DNA of 64,000 nt, from positions 1-64,000 of the forward strand of contig JAITVV010000089.1 in NCBI GenBank assembly GCA_031285625.1, read 5' to 3'. Each line of letters opens with the position of its first letter. The stretch's first letter is position 1. Source of the stretch: Prevotella sp. (GTDB taxonomy: Bacteria > Bacteroidota > Bacteroidia > Bacteroidales > Dysgonomonadaceae). Shown here piece after piece: positions 51,541 through 60,112 of this stretch. The notes beneath the pieces were generated by a model. That model was not told the DNA's origin. It saw nothing but the letters and a program-made list of their open reading frames with translations, and did no database searches. The position numbers and the translations under genes were made by a program.

Positions 51541-52115
51541 TTGCTGGTATTATTTATCCATTTGAAGGACTCAATCATATTTACAATATCATCACGGAGA
51601 TATGTTACAACAGGAGATATAGAATCAGGATTTATCGCATTATCAAAATACAACGATCCTCTCATAAAATTAGAAGTATTATCTGTTATATAGAACTGAA
51701 CAGGTGAAGCTACCGCACCTTTTATGTCATATATAAGTGCGATCGGATTGCCCAATAAGTCTGAAAACTGAGATTGTGATATACTTTCGGCCTTTACTGT
51801 ATGAACATATGCTAATCTATAACTGTGGTCAAGCATTTTAGATATGCCTTGTTTTCCCGAGGGGATATAGGTACAATATATTGTTGCATTATAGTTTGGG
51901 TAAATGATATTGAACCATATCTCCGATTTATCTTCTGAATCTAAATATTCTATCTTGGCATTAGATGGATATAGAAAAGAAAATTTAGCCCCTTTAAACT
52001 CCATCAATTTATATGCTTCCTTATCTATCCGTGAGTATCCTTTTGGTTTGGGGGTATAATCATTACATGAGATAAGAAACAACATAAATATAAAATATAG
52101 GACCTTCATTTTCAT
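51537..52115 (-). CDS. gldD: Gliding motility lipoprotein GldD
   Basis: Lipobox ISC, PKPKGY.RI and ASPVQFYITD...RGSLYF...DSISP motifs. Confidence 0.9.
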   Translation of the reverse strand: MKMKVLYFIFMLFLISCNDYTPKPKGYSRIDKEAYKLMEFKGAKFSFLYPSNAKIEYLDSEDKSEIWFNIIYPNYNATIYCTYIPSGKQGISKMLDHSYRLAYVHTVKAESISQSQFSDLLGNPIALIYDIKGAVASPVQFYITDNTSNFMRGSLYFDNAINPDSISPVVTYLRDDIVNMIESFKWINNTSK

Positions 52116-52131
52116 TCTTTATTAAAACAGA

Positions 52132-52174
52132 AACAGATTAATCAAACAGCAGTTACCATTTGTATTAATCTGTT
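52132..52174 (-). terminator. Stem-loop after ssb
   Basis: aacagattaat...attaatctgtt. Confidence 0.6.
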
Positions 52175-52213
52175 ATAATATTTAATGTAATCCTCAAATC
52201 ACATTCTTTTTCT

Positions 52214-52648
52214 TTAAAATGGCAGATCATCCTCTTCCGAGACAATTGGAGGAGCCTGATATCCACTGTTATTTTCTGCAGGAGCACTGTAATTAACATT
52301 ATCACCTTCGCGTTTACGGCTACCTAATAATTCCAGGTTATCAGCATATATCTCATTTACATAACGTTTTACTCCATTGGCATCATCATATGTTCGTGAA
52401 CGGATTTTACCTTCAACATATACTTGTGTGCCTCTTCTTACAAACTGTTCTGCAACTTTAGCCAATCCCCTCCAACAAACTATGTTGTGCCATTCGGTAC
52501 GATCAGGTATCTGAGTTCCATTAGCGGCTGTATATCCTCTCTCAGTAGTAGCCAGAGTAAAATTAGCAACAACACTACCGTTATCGAAATATTTCACATC
52601 AGGATCTTTTCCCACATTTCCTATAAGTATGACTTTATTTACTGACAT
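52214..52648 (-). CDS. ssb: Single-stranded DNA-binding protein
   Basis: NKVILIGNVGKDP and TEWH motifs; DDLPF tail. Confidence 0.97.
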   Translation of the reverse strand: MSVNKVILIGNVGKDPDVKYFDNGSVVANFTLATTERGYTAANGTQIPDRTEWHNIVCWRGLAKVAEQFVRRGTQVYVEGKIRSRTYDDANGVKRYVNEIYADNLELLGSRKREGDNVNYSAPAENNSGYQAPPIVSEEDDLPF

Positions 52649-52714
52649 ATTAAAATATATATTAAGCTTAAGTGTTCACAAATATATGAAAAAAATTTAC
52701 TTTCTATATTTTTG

Positions 52715-53230
52715 TCAGTCTTCTTTTGATTCTCCTACCGATACTATTTTTTGAAGGAACAAGGAATTGGGTATTATTATCTGCTCTCCGGCTTTTGTTC
52801 TCAGGTGTGTATGAAAAGTCAGGATATTTTCTATTGTGGCTTCTATGGGAGTATCTTTGTCAAGAATATGAATTGTATCTCCTATACGGAAAGGTGTAGA
52901 AAAAAAGATTATAATACCAGCCGTGATATTACTTAATATAGACCATTGTGCAAAAAGGGCAACCCCTATAACCGCAAAAATAGAGGATAAAGCAACTAGC
53001 ATATTCTGGGGTTGAACTCCCCATATAATAGCAAGAGTCACAATACAAGTAAAGTTAACAAGCATATTTATAACCCTTATTATATGCAAAGTCCGTAATT
53101 CTGACTTAAGGGTCATAGAACTATATTTCCGGATAACCTTCCCCAAAACATATTTGGAAAAAGGTGTTAACAATATAATTGTTACCGAAGCAATTATCTG
53201 AGGCAGGTAGTTGTAGAATATGTCAATCAT
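52715..53230 (-). CDS. Small MscS-family mechanosensitive channel domain protein
   Basis: LSNITAG...PFRIGD and IPNS motifs. Confidence 0.85.
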   Translation of the reverse strand: MIDIFYNYLPQIIASVTIILLTPFSKYVLGKVIRKYSSMTLKSELRTLHIIRVINMLVNFTCIVTLAIIWGVQPQNMLVALSSIFAVIGVALFAQWSILSNITAGIIIFFSTPFRIGDTIHILDKDTPIEATIENILTFHTHLRTKAGEQIIIPNSLFLQKIVSVGESKED

Positions 53231-53395
53231 TTATTTAGTAGCAAAATTAATATCAAAGCATATTTCAACAAAGATAAAAAATCACTTGATGTCTTAAATT
53301 TATTTATTGAAGACATTTGAACTAATTTAACTTAAAATTGTTAAATATATAAAACATGTATTTTATTTATATTTATTAACCAATAATACCAAATT

Positions 53396-54544
53396 ATGAA
53401 AAATAAATCAAATTTAGGAGTAATGTTCTTATTGAGTATTTTCATATTTTCCTGTCAACAAGAGGATTATGAAATTGAAAATAATGATAAGTCAAATTCT
53501 CACGTATTAAAAAGTACCTCTATACCTTCTATTGCATCCCAACTATCTAAGAACAAAATACCATTTTACATCCAATCAGCAAATACTGGTGAATACTTAA
53601 CTATAAATAAAGCTACCCCTATGACTAAAGCAAAAGATACTAGTGCCAGTTTTCAATGGTATTTTGAAACTGGAAGTTTTATGGGATATCTATTAAAAAA
53701 TGCAGTAGGAAATGGGAATAATAAATATTTAGGTTTTCCAATATCTACTGCTAGTCTAAAATCACAGACTCCAACAATGACTGCAAGTACAGCTAGTGGA
53801 TACAATTACTGGATGATACAAAGCCTCACAAACAATCCTTATTTCTATAATATTGTAAATGCTAGACAGATGCATATGGATCCAAATGCAGATAAGACAA
53901 ATGTATATTTAACAAGTTTAACTGACAAAAACCACTCATGTGTATTAAGGGCAAAGGATTATGTAAGTAACCAAGCTTGGTCAATAATCCCAATAGGCGA
54001 ATATGTTATTAAAAAAGTTAGTTATATTTTATCCACTGATGATGTCACAACTATGCGACCAACATATCTTATGAATCTTCCATTGACAAATAATACACCT
54101 TCAAATGTAGTTCAAGTTGTAAAAGTAGCATTTTCATATATTGAGAAATCTGGTTTTTCAGATACACATGGAACAACTATAAATATTAAAAATAGTTCGG
54201 AAAAATCATTTTCAGTCCCCAATATTTTGGGAGGAAAAACAAATACAGAAACGACTACGTCTGAAAGTTGGTCATATACAAAAAGTCAAGAAAAAACAAA
54301 AACTTTTGCACTAGAGAATACTGTTACTATAACCGTTCCGCCTTACTCTAATTATAAAGCAATGGTTTCAGCTTCTGAATATACAATGAATGCTACTTAT
54401 GTGATGGAATTAGTCCATGCTATAAATGGAGGTGAACCTATTATTGTTTCTGGCAAATGGAATGGCATACAAGTTCATGACATGACTTTCGTTATTGATG
54501 ATGGTAAAGGAAATATTGTTAGAAAACAAGCGTTAACAAAATAA
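53396..54544 (+). CDS. Lipoprotein with a ricin-B-like beta-trefoil and an aerolysin/ETX-MTX2-like pore-forming domain
   Basis: Lipobox FSC followed by QQED; Trp repeats (FQW, NYW, QAW); Ser/Thr-rich beta region, VPP motif and C-terminal GKWNG. Confidence 0.7.
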   Translation: MKNKSNLGVMFLLSIFIFSCQQEDYEIENNDKSNSHVLKSTSIPSIASQLSKNKIPFYIQSANTGEYLTINKATPMTKAKDTSASFQWYFETGSFMGYLLKNAVGNGNNKYLGFPISTASLKSQTPTMTASTASGYNYWMIQSLTNNPYFYNIVNARQMHMDPNADKTNVYLTSLTDKNHSCVLRAKDYVSNQAWSIIPIGEYVIKKVSYILSTDDVTTMRPTYLMNLPLTNNTPSNVVQVVKVAFSYIEKSGFSDTHGTTINIKNSSEKSFSVPNILGGKTNTETTTSESWSYTKSQEKTKTFALENTVTITVPPYSNYKAMVSASEYTMNATYVMELVHAINGGEPIIVSGKWNGIQVHDMTFVIDDGKGNIVRKQALTK

Positions 54545-54568
54545 TTTCAAAAATAAACCTAAAATCAC

Positions 54569-54602
54569 AAAAAGAGGCTAAACAAATGAATAGCCTCTTT
54601 TT
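54569..54602. terminator. Bidirectional intrinsic terminator
   Basis: aaaaagaggcta...tagcctcttttt. Confidence 0.85.
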
Positions 54603-54633
54603 ACTATAGTATTTTAATACTAATACTTCACAT

Positions 54634-55491
54634 TTACTCTATCTCAGTAGAATACAAGAATGCAAATTGAACTTGATCAGTATTCCAAGTACCATCCAGA
54701 GTCTCTTTATTCACTGTATTATTACCTTCTGTTACAGATTTCATATAACGGAATTTAATAGGTACTAATCTTGTTTTCTCTCCACTAGCAAAGCTAAATT
54801 TATCACTTCGTCTAAAATCTCTTTTTATATCAGATAGGTTTCCTACAGCCATAATTTGCTTATTGCTTTCTACTCCATCTCCGAAAGATTCTTTCTTAAA
54901 GCGGACATCTATAATAATCTTATTATCACCAATATCTGTCATTACACCATTAACCTCTTCCTGTTGTTTGCTCTTATCATAATAAAAATACATATATACT
55001 TCATCCTTCTCTTTTAATAAGGTTGTAGCGTTAAATACCCACCTATCTCCAAACAAAGGAACATAAGTAGTACTGCTACTTTGAAAATAACTTGGGCTAT
55101 AATATGCCAAAGAAAAGGATGTAGGTGCAAAATTATTTTCCACAACGGGAGCTGTGGCCGCACCTAATGTTTGATTCAATTTTACTGGCACAGCACCAAA
55201 ATCCTCTGCAGTATAATAGCCTGATGAATTTGCACTTAAATTTGTTATCCTATAACTAAGCAAATAGCATTGCCCTTCTTGTAATTGATCTATCTGAGGA
55301 GATTGTATATACATATTCCCATATCCTTTTCCTGTTACAGCAGCAACTTTACTATAGGAAGAACCCATTGTTGTGATGAAGGCTAGATCAGATCCTATTT
55401 CTATCTTATTATCGCTATCTCCTAAGCAAGAAGAGAATAGGAAAGCAATAGAAAATACACCACAAACCAATTTAAGAATTGATGTTTTCAT
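54634..55491 (-). CDS. NigD-like lipoprotein
   Basis: FSSCLGD lipobox; third gene of an ECF/anti-sigma operon. Confidence 0.6.
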   Translation of the reverse strand: MKTSILKLVCGVFSIAFLFSSCLGDSDNKIEIGSDLAFITTMGSSYSKVAAVTGKGYGNMYIQSPQIDQLQEGQCYLLSYRITNLSANSSGYYTAEDFGAVPVKLNQTLGAATAPVVENNFAPTSFSLAYYSPSYFQSSSTTYVPLFGDRWVFNATTLLKEKDEVYMYFYYDKSKQQEEVNGVMTDIGDNKIIIDVRFKKESFGDGVESNKQIMAVGNLSDIKRDFRRSDKFSFASGEKTRLVPIKFRYMKSVTEGNNTVNKETLDGTWNTDQVQFAFLYSTEIE

Positions 55492-55518
55492 GTTTTTAAT
55501 TTAGTTTATTATTAAATT

Positions 55519-56751
55519 TTAAAAATCAAATTTTATACCCAGATTCAGATCCAATTGGGTCTTTCTGTCTGAATATATTGTATGGTACTTATTTCCGGCA
55601 TCAAAATAATAAGCACCTCCAATTGTTCCGTAAAGATACAACTTTTTGTAAATAGGGTAGGCAACTCCAACGGATGCATTTACAGAAAATTGCGGATTAG
55701 ACTGTTTTATAGATTCCTTAATATAATAAGGTTCCTTATAATATAAGATATTCGCTATGATATCATCCTTAATATCCGCTTTAGACATAGCCATCTTACT
55801 TTCATACCTCCCCTTTATATCTTTTTGTACCATGGCTCCTACCGAAAGGTAAAACTTAGTTTTTCCTAATTCGTAGAACTTATAGTTTAAAGATAATGGT
55901 ACTCCCAGATAATGGAAATTCTGATTTTCTTCTATTCCGTATGCACTTTCTGATGATACCTTAGAAGATAAATAAGTATAAACCACACCTGTTTCAAGAG
56001 ACAGATTAGGGGCAATTCCTTTTGAGACTCTCACTCCCAAAGAAACCGGTAATCTATGTTGTAACTTGGATTCCTTATTTTCTTTATCTAATGCAGAATT
56101 GAAGGCAGCACTACGTACTTCTCTGGAGAACAATAGTCCGCTTCCATTCTGGCTTTCACTATATGCCAATAAACCTGCGTTACCAGAAGTACTAAGAGAG
56201 AAACCATCTACTTCAGCTTTTTCTTCAGGTAGCAGCATCTTACCGTATGTTCTCTTAGTCACTTTTTCTTCTTTTTCTACAAAAGGTTCCTTTTGAGGCC
56301 TTGGTTTTGGTTCCGATGTTGGCTCTTTTTTAGGTTCATCCTTATCTGGAACAATCACAGGTTCTTTCTCTCCTTTTCTTACCTGAGCCATAGTAGGTTT
56401 ATGTTCCTTCGCAGGTATAATAACAGCTGTAGTATCAATTCTCTTCTCAACTACGTCAGGTACAACTTCTTCAACTACAGCAACAGGTCGTTCGTCAGAT
56501 ATATCTTCAGATTCAGGCATAAGCAATAATGCTACAACAATAGCAGCTGCAACACCAATCGCAATCAAGACAGTCTTGATGACTGAACCTGAGGACGATG
56601 ATGAGGACGATGCAGATGAAGCATCAGCAGGAGCCGGCTGTTGAGACAAAAGCTGATCCAACCCGCCCCATACAGATGCAGGTACCTCCGGTTCAAAGTC
56701 TTTCAACTTTGAGGAGAATAGATCCTTTATTTTGTCCTTATCTTCTATCAT
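55519..56751 (-). CDS. Anti-sigma factor with TM segment, Pro/Glu/Lys linker and C-terminal outer membrane beta-barrel (Reo/Dma-like)
   Basis: DLFSSKLKDFEPEVP..VW anti-sigma motif; one TM; disordered linker; barrel motifs ETGVVY and YLGVPL; C-terminal F. Confidence 0.8.
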   Translation of the reverse strand: MIEDKDKIKDLFSSKLKDFEPEVPASVWGGLDQLLSQQPAPADASSASSSSSSSGSVIKTVLIAIGVAAAIVVALLLMPESEDISDERPVAVVEEVVPDVVEKRIDTTAVIIPAKEHKPTMAQVRKGEKEPVIVPDKDEPKKEPTSEPKPRPQKEPFVEKEEKVTKRTYGKMLLPEEKAEVDGFSLSTSGNAGLLAYSESQNGSGLLFSREVRSAAFNSALDKENKESKLQHRLPVSLGVRVSKGIAPNLSLETGVVYTYLSSKVSSESAYGIEENQNFHYLGVPLSLNYKFYELGKTKFYLSVGAMVQKDIKGRYESKMAMSKADIKDDIIANILYYKEPYYIKESIKQSNPQFSVNASVGVAYPIYKKLYLYGTIGGAYYFDAGNKYHTIYSDRKTQLDLNLGIKFDF

Positions 56752-56755
56752 CTCT

Positions 56756-57313
56756 CTATAATTGCTCTTTTACATACTGTCTCACCTTCTCTTGTAATAT
56801 TTGCCTGGCCCTTACATACTGCGAGCGGGAAGTGCCCTCGCTGATACCAAGCATATCTGCAATTTCTTTGTGAGAATAATCTTCTATTGCATATAAATTA
56901 AAAACTGTAGAGTAACCTTTTGGTAGCCCTTGCACCATTTTTAATAGTTCAGCTTCAGATATTCTATACATTTGGTCATCCTCTGTTGACTCATCAACAA
57001 GATCGGGAAGGTTCTGAATATCTTCAGAAGATTCAAAAATCGATTTTTTCTTTCTTAAGTTTTCTAAAGCCAGGTTTATAAATACACGCTTAAGCCAGCC
57101 CTCAAACGAACCCTTTTCCTGATAGGAACTGATATTCGCGAAGACTTTAATGAATCCATCCTGCAACAAATCCTGAGCAGCATCTGAGTCGGAGCTATAG
57201 CGTAAGCAAATGCTGTACATCTTACGTGCGTAAGTTTCGTATAGCACTTTTTGAGCTTCCCGCTTTTGTTCCTTGCAGCCTGCTATCATTTGCAGTTCAT
57301 TCATATTGGCCAA
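56756..57313 (-). CDS. ECF RNA polymerase sigma factor
   Basis: AQDLLQDGFIKVF and FEGWLKR motifs; sigma4 SHKEIADMLGISEGTSRSQY. Confidence 0.93.
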   Translation of the reverse strand: MANMNELQMIAGCKEQKREAQKVLYETYARKMYSICLRYSSDSDAAQDLLQDGFIKVFANISSYQEKGSFEGWLKRVFINLALENLRKKKSIFESSEDIQNLPDLVDESTEDDQMYRISEAELLKMVQGLPKGYSTVFNLYAIEDYSHKEIADMLGISEGTSRSQYVRARQILQEKVRQYVKEQL

Positions 57314-57324
57314 GCTTCATTTTA

Positions 57325-57352
57325 GAGATGCATTTCTTTGAGAAATGCTGCA
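57325..57352 (-). promoter_or_regulatory. Candidate ECF autoregulatory promoter (GCAGC ... CATCT) overlapping a palindrome
   Basis: Minus strand reads gcagcatttctcaaagaaatgcatct; gcatttct/agaaatgc inverted repeat at 57330-57348. Confidence 0.45.
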
Positions 57353-57414
57353 TGAATCGGTGATAAATTTTTACGATTATCACTTATTTTATTGAAATAG
57401 TATAGATTCTTCAA

Positions 57415-57834
57415 TTATTCAGGTTTCTGGGTGAAGAGAATCATCTTCACCTGTAATTTATTCCCTACATCAATAACATCTACGACATCCTGTAAACTCA
57501 ACGATTTATCTGCCTGTAGCAAAACATTCATTTCAACGTTTGGATTATCGGCCTTCTCTTTTGTCAGAACTGCAGCTAAAGCAGGCTCAAGTTCTTCTTT
57601 AGCCAGTTCTTTATCATTAATATAATATCTTAGATCTTTTGTTATAATCAGATTGATATTTTTCTTTGTTACAACTTTTTCGGATGTAGCAGCATTTGGT
57701 AAAAGTACCCTTATTGCTGCTGGGGTTACCATTGTAGATATGATAAGGAAAAATAACAGCAGAAAAAACATAATATCATTCAAAGAAGCTGTATAAACCT
57801 CTGCCGTCCTTGTTTTTCTACGTTGTATTTTCAT
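57415..57834 (-). CDS. exbD: ExbD
   Basis: SLNDIMFFLLLFFLI and ADK motifs; downstream of exbB. Confidence 0.9.
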   Translation of the reverse strand: MKIQRRKTRTAEVYTASLNDIMFFLLLFFLIISTMVTPAAIRVLLPNAATSEKVVTKKNINLIITKDLRYYINDKELAKEELEPALAAVLTKEKADNPNVEMNVLLQADKSLSLQDVVDVIDVGNKLQVKMILFTQKPE

Positions 57835-57855
57835 AAATTTATAATTTATAGATGA

Positions 57856-58563
57856 TCAAGCTTCCAGTGTACCTTTTTTGTTCATCCGTATTGCCTTAAG
57901 AACCTCATTTGATTCTTTATCAATATTCACCACAGCTTTATCAATACGTCCATTTAATAAGTAATAACCCGAATAAGCAATAATACCAACTAACAAACCG
58001 GCTCCCGAACAAATCATTTTCTGGTACAATCCTGTAGAAATGGTATCAATAGCGAGGTCATTTGTTCTGGCAATATCGTAGAATATCTTTATAACACCGA
58101 ATATCGTTCCCAAGAACCCTAACATCGGTGCAATTGAAGCAGTGATACCAAGCCAGTTCATTTGATTTTCGAGAATACTCACTTGTTGACGAGCCTCTAC
58201 CTCCATTGCTTCTTCTATCTCTTTATCACTGAGTTCAAATTCTTTCAGTCCGGCAGCGATAACTTTTGCAGAAGCATATGGACGTTCGATACAAAATTTT
58301 AGTGCTTTATCTATTTTCCCTTCGTGAATAAGTTCAATCACACGGGACAGCCACACAGAGTCTTTCTTTCCCAAACGATTTATTACTAACCATTTATTTA
58401 TGATAACATAAATAGCTAATAAAGACAAAAGAAATATAGGAAGTAGAATCCAGCCTCCTTTTAGAATAAGACTAAAGTAACTTTCTTCAGGGGCAGTCTG
58501 GGCAGTCTGCTCTGCCATCTCAACCACAGGATTGGCAGCTTGTAGTAGTACAAATAAATTCAT
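57856..58563 (-). CDS. exbB: ExbB/MotA/TolQ proton channel protein
   Basis: APMLGFLGTIFG and AGLLVGI motifs. Confidence 0.9.
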   Translation of the reverse strand: MNLFVLLQAANPVVEMAEQTAQTAPEESYFSLILKGGWILLPIFLLSLLAIYVIINKWLVINRLGKKDSVWLSRVIELIHEGKIDKALKFCIERPYASAKVIAAGLKEFELSDKEIEEAMEVEARQQVSILENQMNWLGITASIAPMLGFLGTIFGVIKIFYDIARTNDLAIDTISTGLYQKMICSGAGLLVGIIAYSGYYLLNGRIDKAVVNIDKESNEVLKAIRMNKKGTLEA

Positions 58564-58590
58564 TAATTTTGATTCCTTTTAATGTAAATT

Positions 58591-58625
58591 TCGACAGAAG
58601 AACCAAAGATAAGCTCTTCTGTCGA
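58591..58625. terminator. Stem-loop after nuoN
   Basis: tcgacagaaga...tcttctgtcga. Confidence 0.7.
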
Positions 58626-58650
58626 TATATCATTTATCCTTTAATAATCT

Positions 58651-60075
58651 TTAATATATACCAAAGCTAACCTGAGCTATATATTCATAGAAACAGCTAA
58701 CAACTCCGACGATAAATATACCCACCATTGAAAGAACTAAAGACGCCTTCATATAACCGTCGGTATTTAATGTTTCTATTGGAGAATCGGTCTTTTTAAT
58801 AAACATCGCCTTCACCACTAACAGGTAATAATACAAAGATATTACCGTATTTAAGAAAGCGAGGAATACAAGTAATGTTTGTCCTTGTTCCATAGCAGCC
58901 ATAAATACAAACAGCTTACTGAAAAATCCGGCAGCAAACGGAATACCTCCCAACGAGAACATCGCTATCATCATTGCCAATGCTAACTTAGGATTCGTAT
59001 AATACAAGCCGTTATAATCATCCATGTTCACTTTTCCTGTTTTATCTTCTACTGCTGATATAACACCAAATGCAGCAAGATTAGAGAAAACATAGACAAA
59101 TACATAGAATATAGTAGCTGCCATACCGGCAGATGTACCTGTAAATACACTTAACATAATATACCCTGCCTGCGAAATAGAAGAGAAAGCAAGGAAGCGT
59201 TTCATATTCTTCTGGCGAAGTGCAAACAAGTTACCCACAGTAATAGTTAGCAAAATAATGATCCATAAAATATTTTTCCAGGTATCCTGCAATGCAGGGA
59301 ATACTTTGAAAAGGATAGCCATCAGTGCAAATACTGCGGCTCCTTTTGATATGGTCGATAAATATAAAGTCACATTTGTAGGTGCTCCCTGATATGTATC
59401 CGGTGCCCAAAGATGGAATGGAACCAGTGATATCTTGAAGAACAAACCTGCCATAACAAATACCATTGCCATAACTACCATTGGGGTAGAGTATATATTT
59501 GCTGCAATATCTGTATAATACAATGTTCCACATGCACCATACAGGAACGATAACCCGAATGTCATAATAGCGGAAGAGAAAATAGCATTGAATATATATT
59601 TCGCTCCGGCTTCTGCCGATTCGTGTCTGTATTTATCAAATGCAACTAATGCAGCAATAGGTAATGATGCTGTCTCGAGCCCAATGTAGAACAATAGGAA
59701 GTTGCCGGAAGAAATCATCAGATACATTCCTAGTAGAGTAAGAGTAGTCAGCATAAAGAACTCACCTCTTTTTAGTATAGCGTCCGGTTTCTTCAACCAT
59801 GCATTAGCTTGCAGGAAGATAAGGAAAACCCCTATATTAAGAACATTTTTTATTGTAAGATAGGCCGGGCCTGTCACGTACATGCCTGCAAATGATTCTC
59901 CATTATCCTTGAAAAAGAAACAAAGAACCGTGTGCGCCAAAAACACTGTACAAGCGAACGGAAAATAATATTTTTTTGCGCTGTCTGAAGCAAATAAATC
60001 GTAAAAAATAAGTAAGAGGAATACCACGATTAGTGATAACTCATGCTTCATCAACAAATAATTACTTAAATCCAT
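58651..60075 (-). CDS. nuoN: NADH-quinone oxidoreductase subunit N
   Basis: EAGAKY and FKISLVPFHLWAPD.YQGAP motifs. Confidence 0.95.
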   Translation of the reverse strand: MDLSNYLLMKHELSLIVVFLLLIFYDLFASDSAKKYYFPFACTVFLAHTVLCFFFKDNGESFAGMYVTGPAYLTIKNVLNIGVFLIFLQANAWLKKPDAILKRGEFFMLTTLTLLGMYLMISSGNFLLFYIGLETASLPIAALVAFDKYRHESAEAGAKYIFNAIFSSAIMTFGLSFLYGACGTLYYTDIAANIYSTPMVVMAMVFVMAGLFFKISLVPFHLWAPDTYQGAPTNVTLYLSTISKGAAVFALMAILFKVFPALQDTWKNILWIIILLTITVGNLFALRQKNMKRFLAFSSISQAGYIMLSVFTGTSAGMAATIFYVFVYVFSNLAAFGVISAVEDKTGKVNMDDYNGLYYTNPKLALAMMIAMFSLGGIPFAAGFFSKLFVFMAAMEQGQTLLVFLAFLNTVISLYYYLLVVKAMFIKKTDSPIETLNTDGYMKASLVLSMVGIFIVGVVSCFYEYIAQVSFGIY

Positions 60076-60112
60076 CTTTATATCTTAAAATTACATTGTT
60101 TACAATTTATTC

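Noticed and set aside
9753-54602. Similar aaaagaggcta...agcctct hairpins after both toxin loci as a shared insertion site
   Set aside because: The match is only about 11 bp and both hairpins are adequately explained as terminators for convergent genes
56591-56640. gaggacgatgat tandem repeat; also the 9-bp ggcagtctg repeat near 58492-58509
   Set aside because: In-frame low-complexity linker coding (poly-Ser, QTA-QTA); no frameshifting potential
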